DNA of 19,027 bases from Chlamydiota bacterium. GTDB lineage: Bacteria > Chlamydiota > Chlamydiia > Chlamydiales > SM23-39. The stretch spans positions 1-19,027 of the forward strand of contig JBEHXF010000039.1 of the NCBI GenBank assembly GCA_048498835.1, read 5' to 3'. How positions within the stretch are numbered: the stretch's first letter is position 1; the number at the start of each line of letters is the position of its first letter. This document shows, piece by piece, positions 1-8,716 of this stretch. A model generated the notes under the pieces. It was given only the letters and a program-made list of their open reading frames with translations, searched no databases and had not been told where the DNA came from. A program made the position numbers and the translations under genes.

Positions 1-204
1 CAATTGGAAAAATTATATTTTGACGAGAGTGACTCAATCTCTTGAGTCCTCAAACAAACTTTAACTTTCCCGCACTTTTCTCTTCTTCTACTGTCAAAAC
101 AACTTTCGGTGATCTCAGTCACCGCTTTTTTCGTTTTCGCTTTTCTTTCGATTCGCGTTTCAAACGAAGCTAAGAACATACAAAAAACGGGATTTTCTCA
201 GCAA
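1..204 (-). promoter_or_regulatory. Putative sigma66/70 promoter and leader of a stable-RNA (probably rRNA) operon that continues beyond the left edge
   Basis: Minus strand reads TTGCTG(204-199)-N18-TATGTT(180-175), then hairpin CGGTGA/TCACCG (124-107) directly followed by boxA-like TGTTTTGACA, then hairpin GACTCAA/TTGAGTC (48-31). It ends in ...TTTTCCAATTG, which resembles the bases before the 16S 5' motif AGAGTTTGATC. No ORF. The RNA gene itself is not in the window. Confidence 0.35.
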
Positions 205-398
205 CTTCTTTCAAATTTCACTCTTTAGACCAGATCCTAATCGATTGAAATAGAGAGATTTACGTGCAAAATAAATCCCCTAATCTTCTTACAATATTTA
301 CAATCGCCTTTACACGTTCCCCTGAAGCCCTCAAAAACTGCTCTCATTAAAATTTTTATTGCCAAGATCTAGCCCCTATATTTATTGTTGCGAATGAA

Positions 399-510
399 AA
401 ACTCTCTTTGTGAAAAAGTCATTTGAAGACAGCTGTTTTTCAATGCCAATTTCATAGGGAGTTTCGAAGAGAGCTGGCCCTGACCAAAATGGGAACACTA
501 GCTAACTCTT
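399..510 (+). promoter_or_regulatory. Structured 5' leader of the porin gene (two long imperfect hairpins)
   Basis: AAACTCTCT..GTGAAA (399-415) pairs with TTTCATAGGGAGTTT (450-464), with an inner CATT/AATG stem. AAGAG-AGCTGG (467-477) pairs with CTAGCT-AA-CTCTT (498-510). The RBS GGAG (524-527) lies just outside. Confidence 0.4.
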
Positions 511-533
511 AAATTGGAAAATTGGAGAAACGT

Positions 534-1688
534 ATGCATTTCAAATGGAATCTTTCCATAAATAGGGTGCTAGCGTCCTCAGCTCTTGCCGTTTTAGCGG
601 CAACGAGCCTGAACGCCCTCCCAAAAGGTCCTTGCGACACGCAGGCACCACAAGTGTGCTGTGATGAGCCGAAACCCGGACCATTCGCTTTTGCTTATCC
701 CATGGACATGGGCATTTCTTGCCCAAGAGACTTCGTCGTCCATATCGACGGCCTTCTCTTGCAAGCAAAGTCAGATGGGATGGAATTTGTCATTACCGAT
801 ACTAACGGCACTGGCGATTCCCCAGCTCCCATCACGCAAGGGCAAGTTCTAGGGTTTTCGAATGACCATTCCGATTTCGACTACAATCCTGGCATGCGCT
901 TCGGCATCGGTTTTTTCCTTGATCACGATGCTTGGAACCTCGATTTCAACTGGACTTGGTTGAATATCACCAACTACAAACACGCCAACCAAACAACTTC
1001 AGGCGGAATTTTGATTCCCCTCTGGTTAACTGGCGCTGGCATGCCAACAGAATCGTTTGGCACACGTTCAAGCGCAGTCTGGAAAGCGAGCTACAACACG
1101 TTAGATGCTGCAATGGGTAAACCTTTCCATGTTAGTCGTTACCTCGTGTTAGCTCCCTTCTTTGGCTTACGCGCAGGCTGGATCGACCAACACTTCTCCG
1201 TTGACTACGGCGGAGCTGCTGCTGGCGGACCAAACCGTACGATCGCTCACGGCGACAACGATTTCTGGGGTATCGGTTCTAGAATCGGTATGAACACAGA
1301 TTGGATTCTCGGCAAAGGCTGGTGCCTCTTTGCAAATAGCTCTTTCTCGATGCTATTTGGAAAGTTTGAAATCGATCAGAGCATGACCATTCCTAACGGC
1401 GTTGCCGATGGTTTTGACATCGAGTACGATTTCTACCAAAACGTACCCAACATGGAATTGATTCTCGGTCTCGGCTGGGGACGTTATTTCGATAAAAATC
1501 GCTATCACGTAGGCCTGAAAGCCGCTTATGAATTCCATGAGTGGTTTGATCAGTTCAACATGAGAAGATTCTTCAGCGGTTCTGAATCTCTGACAGACAC
1601 AGCTGCTGCAGCTTATGCTAACGATACAGCAAGCCGTGGTAACTTGACTCTGAACGGATTCTCACTCAGACTGCAACTAGATCTCTAA
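534..1688 (+). CDS. MOMP-like (Lpg1974-family type) beta-barrel outer membrane porin
   Basis: Signal peptide (RVLASSALAVLAATSLNA), alternating aromatic/Gly beta-strand pattern (PGMRFGIGF, PFFGLRAGWIDQ, DFWGIGSRIG, AYEFHEWFDQ) and C-terminal strand GNLTLNGFSLRLQLDL. Start moved to ATG 534, 6 nt after GGAG. Confidence 0.8.
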   Translation: MHFKWNLSINRVLASSALAVLAATSLNALPKGPCDTQAPQVCCDEPKPGPFAFAYPMDMGISCPRDFVVHIDGLLLQAKSDGMEFVITDTNGTGDSPAPITQGQVLGFSNDHSDFDYNPGMRFGIGFFLDHDAWNLDFNWTWLNITNYKHANQTTSGGILIPLWLTGAGMPTESFGTRSSAVWKASYNTLDAAMGKPFHVSRYLVLAPFFGLRAGWIDQHFSVDYGGAAAGGPNRTIAHGDNDFWGIGSRIGMNTDWILGKGWCLFANSSFSMLFGKFEIDQSMTIPNGVADGFDIEYDFYQNVPNMELILGLGWGRYFDKNRYHVGLKAAYEFHEWFDQFNMRRFFSGSESLTDTAAAAYANDTASRGNLTLNGFSLRLQLDL

Positions 1689-1715
1689 TCGACTCTAGTT
1701 GAACGAAAAAGTTGG

Positions 1716-1744
1716 GGGCTCTGGCGAAAGCCAGAGCCCTTTTT
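1716..1744 (+). terminator. Rho-independent terminator, possibly bidirectional
   Basis: Perfect 10-bp stem GGGCTCTGGC-GAAA-GCCAGAGCCC followed by TTTTT. An A-run at 1706-1710 lies on the other side, between convergent genes. Confidence 0.9.
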
Positions 1745-1747
1745 GTT

Positions 1748-3034
1748 TTAGACGATGAGAGCGTGTTGCAATAAATAAAAACCTACTCCGGAAAGATAGC
1801 TGATCAAAGCGATCAAACTCACCTTTCTCAAATACCATAAGAAATCGGCTTTCTCCATGCCCATAAAAGCAACACCGGCTGCAGAACCGATGATTAAAAT
1901 ACTACCCCCAGTTCCTGCGCAATAGGCAAGCAATTGCCAAAAATTGGAGTCCATCGGATAAGACTGCAAATCGTACATCCCCATTCCCGCAGCAACGAGA
2001 GGAACGTTATCGACTACGGCAGAAACTAAACCAATGAGCGTCGCAATCACAGTGAGATTATGAACGTAATGATCGAGCCCTATAGCCAATTCTTTTAAAA
2101 TCCCAACTGCATCGAGAGCCCCAATGCAAAGCAAGATACCTAAGAAAAACAGGACGCCCGATGTATCAATCCGCGTTAAAATATAAGGCACACGAAGATG
2201 CGACCGATTTTCGTAAGGATGATGCATCAAATCGGTAATCACCCAAAGAACGCCCAGTGAAATCAACATCCCCATGAAAGGAGGCAATCCGGTTAGAGCT
2301 TTAAAAATGGGAACAAAAATCAACGCACCGAGGCCGCAATAGAAAATAATGCGATTTCCTGGCTCAGGAGCCTCTTCTTCCGCTCGACGAACAAGTTGAG
2401 GATAAAACCCTTTTAGGCCAATACCGAACAAAAGAAGGGCCACTACAAGCGAGAGAATACTCGGAATGAAAAGCGCCTTCATAATAGAAATGGTGCTAAT
2501 ATTTCCATTGATCCAGAGCATGGTCGTTGTTACGTCGCCAATCGGCGTCCACGCCCCCCCTGCATTTGCCGCAATCACGACCATAGCCCCGAGCAAAAGT
2601 CTCTCTTGACGGTCGGGCACTAGTTTTCTGAGCAGTGAAATCATCACGATTGTCGTCGTCAAGTTATCGAGAATGGCCGATAGGAAAAAAGTGACAAAAC
2701 CCATTAGCCAAAGCATCTTTTTCTTCGACCCGCTCTGGATTAAATCGGTAATCACCTTGAAACCGCGGTGGCTATCAATCAGCTCGACTAGTGCCATAGC
2801 TCCAAGCAAGAAAAAGATAATTTGACTCACTTCATTGAGATGTTCACCGAGAAGATGAACATCTGTGCCATGCGTGTGGCCTTTGATGAGAAACACAAAC
2901 ATCCAAGTGAGCACGGCCATCAACAGAGCTGACGCCGTCTTGTTGACCTCTATCTTTGATTCAAAAATGATCGCTAGATACCCAAGCGCGAAAACTAAAA
3001 TAATCAAACCATTTGCAAATGCACTTTCCAGCAT
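1748..3034 (-). CDS. nhaD: Na+/H+ antiporter NhaD
   Basis: Multi-TM protein with motifs FFLLGAM..VELID.H.GF, LDNLTTTIV, AANAGGAWTPIGDVTTTMLW, VDNVPLVAA, GTGGSILIIGSAAGV. GGGAG RBS. Confidence 0.92.
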   Translation of the reverse strand: MLESAFANGLIILVFALGYLAIIFESKIEVNKTASALLMAVLTWMFVFLIKGHTHGTDVHLLGEHLNEVSQIIFFLLGAMALVELIDSHRGFKVITDLIQSGSKKKMLWLMGFVTFFLSAILDNLTTTIVMISLLRKLVPDRQERLLLGAMVVIAANAGGAWTPIGDVTTTMLWINGNISTISIMKALFIPSILSLVVALLLFGIGLKGFYPQLVRRAEEEAPEPGNRIIFYCGLGALIFVPIFKALTGLPPFMGMLISLGVLWVITDLMHHPYENRSHLRVPYILTRIDTSGVLFFLGILLCIGALDAVGILKELAIGLDHYVHNLTVIATLIGLVSAVVDNVPLVAAGMGMYDLQSYPMDSNFWQLLAYCAGTGGSILIIGSAAGVAFMGMEKADFLWYLRKVSLIALISYLSGVGFYLLQHALIV

Positions 3035-3092
3035 GAGACTCCCTTTGTTTTTTATTAATTTTCAGTTGAGAGCGGATATCTCGCAACGGAAA

Positions 3093-4049
3093 TCAAAGGT
3101 TAGACTGGAGAATATCGTGCATGCGAAGAAGCCCAACAACAATACCTGCTTCTAAAACGGGCAAAACAGTGACCGGATGCCCCTCTTCCATCACTCGAAT
3201 CGCTTCATGCGCAAGACAGTTTGGTTTAATGGATTTAGGATTTTGGCTCATCAAAAGTTCTAAAGGCAAATCCAAAGCCTTAGGTCCATTTTCTTGAACG
3301 GCACGGCGCAAATCCCCGTCAGTAAAAATGCCAAGCAACTTTTTATCGCCGTCCACGACAAGTAAACAGCCGCACCGTTTGCCGCTCAATTCATGAAGAA
3401 CATCGATGAGTCGATCCGTTCTTTGACAAAAGGGTATTTCCTCCCCTTTCAACATCCGGTCAGCCACCCGAAGCGTGATCTTCCGACCCAACAGTCCCGC
3501 CGGGTGATTCGCCGCAAAATCATCGACCGAAAAGCGCTTGGCCTCCATCAACGAAATCGCCAATAAATCACCGAACAACAACTGAATAACGGCCGAGGTA
3601 GTCGGCGCCAAATCATACGGGCATAACTCTCGTTGAACAGGCAAGTGAATCGCTTGGTCGCACGTCCGTTCCAGTCGCGAACCTTTTTTTGAAACGACGG
3701 CGATTGTTTTCGCCCCCTTCTTCTGAACATAGGGCAGCAAATCAAGCAACTCTTGCGACTCCCCGCTTTTGCTAAAGGCTAAAAAAACATCATTCGGTCC
3801 AACTAGCCCCAGATCCCCATGAAGCGCATGAGCGGGAGAGAGATAATGAGCCGCCGTCCCTGTCGAAATGAGTGTCGCCGCAATTTTTTGCGCAATGAGT
3901 CCGCTTTTCCCAACACCGGACAAAATGACCGAGCCGGTGCACTCTCTTACCGTCTCGACGAGTCGCTCCAATTCAGCCAAATCGACCGATTGAAAAAAAT
4001 GATTGAGGGATTCGCGCTGCCTCTCAAAAAGCGTTTGGATCGTCTGCAT
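3093..4049 (-). CDS. kdsD: KpsF/GutQ-family arabinose-5-phosphate isomerase (SIS domain plus CBS pair)
   Basis: SGVGKSG, HGDLG, SKSGES.E, LAPTTS, NHPAG.LG, and C-terminal CBS domains (GIFTDGDLRR). Confidence 0.93.
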   Translation of the reverse strand: MQTIQTLFERQRESLNHFFQSVDLAELERLVETVRECTGSVILSGVGKSGLIAQKIAATLISTGTAAHYLSPAHALHGDLGLVGPNDVFLAFSKSGESQELLDLLPYVQKKGAKTIAVVSKKGSRLERTCDQAIHLPVQRELCPYDLAPTTSAVIQLLFGDLLAISLMEAKRFSVDDFAANHPAGLLGRKITLRVADRMLKGEEIPFCQRTDRLIDVLHELSGKRCGCLLVVDGDKKLLGIFTDGDLRRAVQENGPKALDLPLELLMSQNPKSIKPNCLAHEAIRVMEEGHPVTVLPVLEAGIVVGLLRMHDILQSNL

Positions 4050-4124
4050 GTCCGAATTTTATCTCGCTCTTTGCTTGAAGTCTTCTAAAAAATTGCCTAC
4101 CCTGAATGATAAACAGAGGTATCG

Positions 4125-5555
4125 ATGAAAACTCCCATTGCAGTGGCCTACGGCGACGGAATTGGTCCCGAAATCATGGAAGCCACTCTTTCCATTCTCC
4201 ACGCAGCAGGCGCCGACATTGATCCAAAAGTTGTAGAAATTGGCGAGAAAATGTACCTCAAAGGATTTCCAACCGGTATGGATCCCGATACTTGGGAAAT
4301 CATCCGTAAAACGAAAGCTTTTCTCAAGGCTCCGATCACAACTCCTCAAGGCGGCGGCTTTAAAAGTCTCAATGTCACCATCCGCACAACTCTCGGCCTT
4401 TACGCCAATATCCGCCCCTGCGTTTCTTACTCTCCTTATGTCGATACCAAACATCCGGAAATGGATGTGGTCATCGTCCGAGAAAATGAAGAAGATCTCT
4501 ACGCCGGCATTGAATATCAGCAAACCCCAGACGTCTGTTCTTCCATCAAACTGATCTCTCGCGCTGGTTCTGAAAAAATCATTCGCTACGCTTTTGAATA
4601 TGCCAAACACTATCAGCGGAAAAAAGTGACTTGCTTTGTCAAAGATAACATCATGAAATTTTCCGATGGGCTCTTCCATAAAGTCTTTGAAGAAATTGCG
4701 GCCGATTATCCAGATATTCTCCACGAAAGTTGGATCGTCGATATCGGCGCTGCCAAACTCGCTGACACTCCCGAAATCTTCGATGTGATCGTGATGCCGA
4801 ATCTCTACGGTGATATCCTCTCAGATGTCGCCGCGCAAATCTCCGGTTCAGTGGGCCTTGCCGGCTCTGCAAATATTGGCGATCATGGCGCCATGTTCGA
4901 AGCGATCCATGGATCTGCTCCGCGGCGCGCAGGTCAAAACGTAGCCAATCCTTCAGGACTTCTCCTCGGCGCTATCCAAATGCTCGTGCACATTGGACAA
5001 GCCGATGTCGCCTCACGCATTCATAACGGCTGGCTTCGCACTCTTGAAGATGGGATTCATACCTACGACATCTACAAAGAAGGTGTCAGTAAGAAAAAAG
5101 TAGGAACCCGCGAATTCGCCCAGGCCGTCATCCACAACCTCGGCAAAAAACCCGAAACACTTAAGGCTGTTTCATACGAAAAAGCCCGCACCAACGACTC
5201 AGCCAAACTCACCACGACAAAACCCCTCCGACAACTTGTCGGCGTCGACGCATTCATCTTTCATCGTGGCAAACTCTCTGACTTTCAGTCGAAAATTTCC
5301 CACATCAACATGGGGAATCTCCGCCTAAAAATGGTTTCCAACCGCGGCGTCCGCGTCTGGCCCGGCGGCCAGCCTGAAACATTCTGCATTGAACAGTGGC
5401 GATGCCGTTTTCAAGCAGACGACAATCGCCCTTGCAGCCAAAATGACATCATCCAGGTACTCCACGCACTCGACCGAATTCAAATGGATATCATCAAAAC
5501 AGAAAATCTCTACCTCTACGACGGTAAGCCCGGCTTCTCTTCCGCCGAAGGTTAA
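4125..5555 (+). CDS. icd: Isocitrate dehydrogenase (long type with C-terminal extension, likely NADP-dependent)
   Basis: GDGIGPEI, KAPITTP, SLNVTIR, RENEEDLY, KDNIMK, NLYGDILSD, FEAIHGSAP, plus a C-terminal VSNRG domain as in Thermus/Rickettsia-type IDH. GAGGT RBS. Confidence 0.93.
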   Translation: MKTPIAVAYGDGIGPEIMEATLSILHAAGADIDPKVVEIGEKMYLKGFPTGMDPDTWEIIRKTKAFLKAPITTPQGGGFKSLNVTIRTTLGLYANIRPCVSYSPYVDTKHPEMDVVIVRENEEDLYAGIEYQQTPDVCSSIKLISRAGSEKIIRYAFEYAKHYQRKKVTCFVKDNIMKFSDGLFHKVFEEIAADYPDILHESWIVDIGAAKLADTPEIFDVIVMPNLYGDILSDVAAQISGSVGLAGSANIGDHGAMFEAIHGSAPRRAGQNVANPSGLLLGAIQMLVHIGQADVASRIHNGWLRTLEDGIHTYDIYKEGVSKKKVGTREFAQAVIHNLGKKPETLKAVSYEKARTNDSAKLTTTKPLRQLVGVDAFIFHRGKLSDFQSKISHINMGNLRLKMVSNRGVRVWPGGQPETFCIEQWRCRFQADDNRPCSQNDIIQVLHALDRIQMDIIKTENLYLYDGKPGFSSAEG

Positions 5556-5603
5556 CAAAGATTTAGTAACTTTAATAAGGCTACCCAAAAACAATGAACA
5601 CAA

Positions 5604-5798
5604 TTATCGAAGCCATCCGCTAAGAACTGCTAACAAAAAAAACAATCCGCAACAGGCAAGCCATTTTTTTCTCCGGATACTTGTTTTCCAAGCTTTCTCA
5701 AAATTTTCAGCGCACAACATGATTCCCCATCCCATGATCGGTGTGGCTATAAGAGTACCGATCAATTTTATGAGGAAAATTCTCAATTCGGGATTCAT
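5604..5798 (-). CDS. Small (64 aa) two-TM membrane protein of unknown function
   Basis: GAGGTGAGGT directly upstream of ATG. Two hydrophobic segments separated by a basic loop (KAWKTSIRRKK). Overlaps no other real gene. Confidence 0.55.
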   Translation of the reverse strand: MNPELRIFLIKLIGTLIATPIMGWGIMLCAENFEKAWKTSIRRKKWLACCGLFFLLAVLSGWLR

Positions 5799-5873
5799 AC
5801 CTCACCTCAGTAGGAAAAAGTTATAAACTTTCAAATAATTAAATGGAAAAAATTAACATAACGGGAATTTTTA

Positions 5874-5951
5874 AACGAAAAGACGCAAAGAAAACTGAAA
5901 AATGTAGAGAAGCGTCTACTCAATAATTAAACAACTTTGCGCCTTTGCGTT
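5874..5951. repeat. REP-like inverted repeat built from CTTTGCG units
   Basis: AACGAAAAGACGCAAAG (5874-5890) versus CTTTGCGCCTTTGCGTT (5935-5951): 15/17 complementary. The 44-nt loop contains an inner GTAGA/TCTAC stem. Confidence 0.7.
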
Positions 5952-5974
5952 AAACTGTTTAATTAGCTTGATAT

Positions 5975-7114
5975 CTAGGATTCGGAAGTGCTTTCGAGCT
6001 GCTTCTTCAATTCGTTGAGGAAGCCGCAGCCATAGAGACCGTCTAGGACACGATGGTCGAATGTGAGGGAAATCATCATCACAGAACGGATGGCGATTGA
6101 ATCGTCAGGCATTGCAGCGACTTTCTTGGTGATCGCGCCAAGACCGATGATCGCCACTTCTGGATAACGGATGATCGGAATGCCGATGAGAGTACCGGTC
6201 ATGCCGAAATTGGTCATGGTGATGGTGCCGTCTTGCACATCTTGCGGAGAGAGGCGGTGCTCGCGAGCTTTGAGAGCCAGTGCGCCAATTTGTTTAGCAA
6301 TGTCCGGCAGAGTGAGGTTGTGGCAGCTGCGAATCACAGGAACCATCACGCCTTGATCGACGCTCACTGCAACGCCTAAGTTGACGTAACGCTTCATGAC
6401 AATTGTGTCAGTGTCGAGAGAAGAGTTAATGAGCGGGAAAGCTTGAAGAGCGCGGGCGATAGCGCGGGCAACGAAGGCGGTAATGGTGAGTTTGACGCCA
6501 TGTTGCGCTAGGAATGATTGCTTTTTTTCTGCAATCAACTTCACCAAATGAGTCACATCGACTTCGGTGATGAGCGAAGCGTGGGGCGCTTCATAGAACG
6601 ATTTGACCATATTGTCGGCAATCGCTTTGCGCATGCCGCTCATTTTCACTCGCTCCACATCCGAAGCGACTTGAACCGGTTGGTATTGCTCAACGTCTTG
6701 TTTAGTGAGTCGCCCACCTTGGCCCGTGCGTGGAATCTGGTCGATGTCTGTTAAAGGGATTTTTCTCTCCTGTAAAAGGCGGAGTACGGCCGGAGAGAGA
6801 GTTGTTTCTTGCGCTGAACAAACTGGAGCTGCTACGCAAACTGGAGCCGCTGCCTGTACAGGAACAGCCTGCTTGGAGGCAATCGATGCTAAGGGCTCGC
6901 CTACTTGAATCTCTTGATCCACTTGAGCTAAGATTTCATGCAGAACTCCCGAAATTGGGGAGGGAATTTCACTATTTACTTTATCAGTTGAAACTTCTAA
7001 AAGCGGCTCATCGCGCTCGATCCGATCGCCCACCTTTTTAAACCATTGGACTACGGTAGCGCTTACGATGCTCTCGCCCAGCTTTGGTAAAGAAATTTTT
7101 ACAGTGTCTTCCAT
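5975..7114 (-). CDS. 2-oxoacid dehydrogenase E2 dihydrolipoamide acyltransferase (chlamydial sucB-2 / branched-chain type likely)
   Basis: Lipoyl domain with STDKV, E3-binding domain (LSPAV..GTG-like RTGQGGRLTK.DV) and catalytic DHRVLDG. Start at ATG 7114, 7 nt after the lpxK stop. Confidence 0.9.
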   Translation of the reverse strand: MEDTVKISLPKLGESIVSATVVQWFKKVGDRIERDEPLLEVSTDKVNSEIPSPISGVLHEILAQVDQEIQVGEPLASIASKQAVPVQAAAPVCVAAPVCSAQETTLSPAVLRLLQERKIPLTDIDQIPRTGQGGRLTKQDVEQYQPVQVASDVERVKMSGMRKAIADNMVKSFYEAPHASLITEVDVTHLVKLIAEKKQSFLAQHGVKLTITAFVARAIARALQAFPLINSSLDTDTIVMKRYVNLGVAVSVDQGVMVPVIRSCHNLTLPDIAKQIGALALKAREHRLSPQDVQDGTITMTNFGMTGTLIGIPIIRYPEVAIIGLGAITKKVAAMPDDSIAIRSVMMISLTFDHRVLDGLYGCGFLNELKKQLESTSES

Positions 7115-7121
7115 AAGTGCA

Positions 7122-8084
7122 CTAATTATTAAGCCTATCGTCGATTTTTGCAATGAGCTTTTGCCAATCTTCTTGCCCGTTTATTACCTCAGCTTCAATC
7201 TCAACCCAAATCAGCGGAAGATCGGAAGCGGGTAATTTGACGAAATCCTTTTCTGTGCAAATTAAGTATTTAATATCGAGCTTCTTGCATTCCTCAAAAA
7301 AAATTTCGATGCCTGTAAAAGGCTCATGATCCGAGAGAATTTTTTCTGCGACGATCTGAGCCCCTAAATCGACAACTGTTTTTTTGAATCGATCTGGGTA
7401 GCCAATTCCGCAAAAAAGAGCTACTCTTTGACCTCGAATAGAAGAAATATTTTGACCCTGCCGATCGACAATCCGAGTCGGTCGACTCTGCAACAAAGTC
7501 GCCGGATAATCGATCGGCGTGTAGGAAAAAACCGCCGTCGCTTCTAACAGTCGCTTAGGCGAGTCACGCAAGCGCCCGCGGGGTAAAAAAAAGTCGATCA
7601 AGTCGCGTGGCCTGACCACCACTAAATCGAAATCTCGGTTTAATCTCCGATGTTGAAATCCGTCATCGAGCAACAGTAACTCAGCCCCATCTGACACAGC
7701 AAGCTTGGCCAATCGAACCCGATCAATTCCTTGATACAACCGAGCCGTTGGAACATGGCGCGCAATCACCTTCATCTCATCGTTTAGCTCTCCTCTTTTC
7801 GCACCGTAACCCCGCGCTAAGATCGCGACTTTACGATTGGAAAAATGCTTGGCTAAAAGAATGACTAATGGAGTTTTTCCTGTACCGCCAACTGAGATAT
7901 TTCCCACGCTGATAACAGGAACCGGCGCCGTATAGGTCGGAAAAAAATGGGCATCATAGAGATAGTTGCGAAGAGCTGCTATAAAACGCCACATCCAAGC
8001 AGCTGGCGCAAGAAGCCAAGAAAAAGGAGTAGTTACGAGTCGCGAACCAAAATGGAGCGCTCTAAAGCGAAGAAATTGCAGCAT
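7122..8084 (-). CDS. lpxK: Tetraacyldisaccharide 4'-kinase (lipid A)
   Basis: VGNISVGGTGKTP, LARGYG, LLDDGFQH, LP.G.LRD, TEKD. Start codon uncertain; ATG 8084 chosen. Confidence 0.92.
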   Translation of the reverse strand: MLQFLRFRALHFGSRLVTTPFSWLLAPAAWMWRFIAALRNYLYDAHFFPTYTAPVPVISVGNISVGGTGKTPLVILLAKHFSNRKVAILARGYGAKRGELNDEMKVIARHVPTARLYQGIDRVRLAKLAVSDGAELLLLDDGFQHRRLNRDFDLVVVRPRDLIDFFLPRGRLRDSPKRLLEATAVFSYTPIDYPATLLQSRPTRIVDRQGQNISSIRGQRVALFCGIGYPDRFKKTVVDLGAQIVAEKILSDHEPFTGIEIFFEECKKLDIKYLICTEKDFVKLPASDLPLIWVEIEAEVINGQEDWQKLIAKIDDRLNN

Positions 8085-8667
8085 GGAGAGACTTGTTCGC
8101 AAATAATACTTTTTCCAATTGCTCGATGATCAAATGAATCGCCGCCATATGCGCCTCTTGCACCCGATCGGACCATAAGAATCCGCCAACAATCCATTCT
8201 AAATCGGCCTCACCTTTCAATTGCCCACCTGTTTTCCCGAGAAAAGCAATCGTTTTAAGACCCCGCTCTTTGGCTGTTTTAACGGCACGTACGATGTTGA
8301 TCGAGTTACCGCTTGTGGTTAAGACGATCAAGATATCGCCAGGTTGTCCTAATGCTTCTACGCTTCGCGAAAAGACTTGATCATACCCAACATCATTGCC
8401 CACACAAGTTAAGTGTCCCGGTTCAGAAAGAGCAATCGCGGGAAGAGCGCTCCGTTTTTCGCGATAATAACCCGTTAACTCTTCAGCAAAATGCATGGCG
8501 TCGCATAAACTCCCTCCGTTTCCACAAATCAGAATCTTATTCCCATTTTGAAAACAGGAAGCGAGCATGCTCACTGCCGCTTGCATAAAAGTTAGAGCAG
8601 GTTCCGTGCGCAAACACTCTGTAGCGCGGATGCAATCGCAAACGGATCTAAGAATCGCTTCTCTCAT
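8062..8667 (-). CDS. gmhA: D-sedoheptulose-7-phosphate isomerase
   Basis: CGNGGS.CDAMHFAEELTG, CVGND.GY, TSGNS, DRVQE.H...H. Start reassigned to ATG 8667 (alternative 8694), because the longer ORF-track N-terminus is antisense to asd. Confidence 0.9.
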   Translation of the reverse strand: MREAILRSVCDCIRATECLRTEPALTFMQAAVSMLASCFQNGNKILICGNGGSLCDAMHFAEELTGYYREKRSALPAIALSEPGHLTCVGNDVGYDQVFSRSVEALGQPGDILIVLTTSGNSINIVRAVKTAKERGLKTIAFLGKTGGQLKGEADLEWIVGGFLWSDRVQEAHMAAIHLIIEQLEKVLFANKSLHAAISSL

Positions 8668-8716
8668 ACACAATCTCTCTGTTAGACTGAACATTGATAG
8701 ACGAAGAGGATAATAA

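Noticed and set aside
4059..4724. 221-aa minus-strand ORF and other alternative-frame ORFs inside icd, E2, asd and the operon genes
   Set aside because: These are shadow ORFs of well-supported genes with no recognisable motifs.
5389..5826. 145-aa plus-strand ORF
   Set aside because: It overlaps the icd 3' end out of frame and is antisense to the better-supported 64-aa ORF that has a strong RBS.
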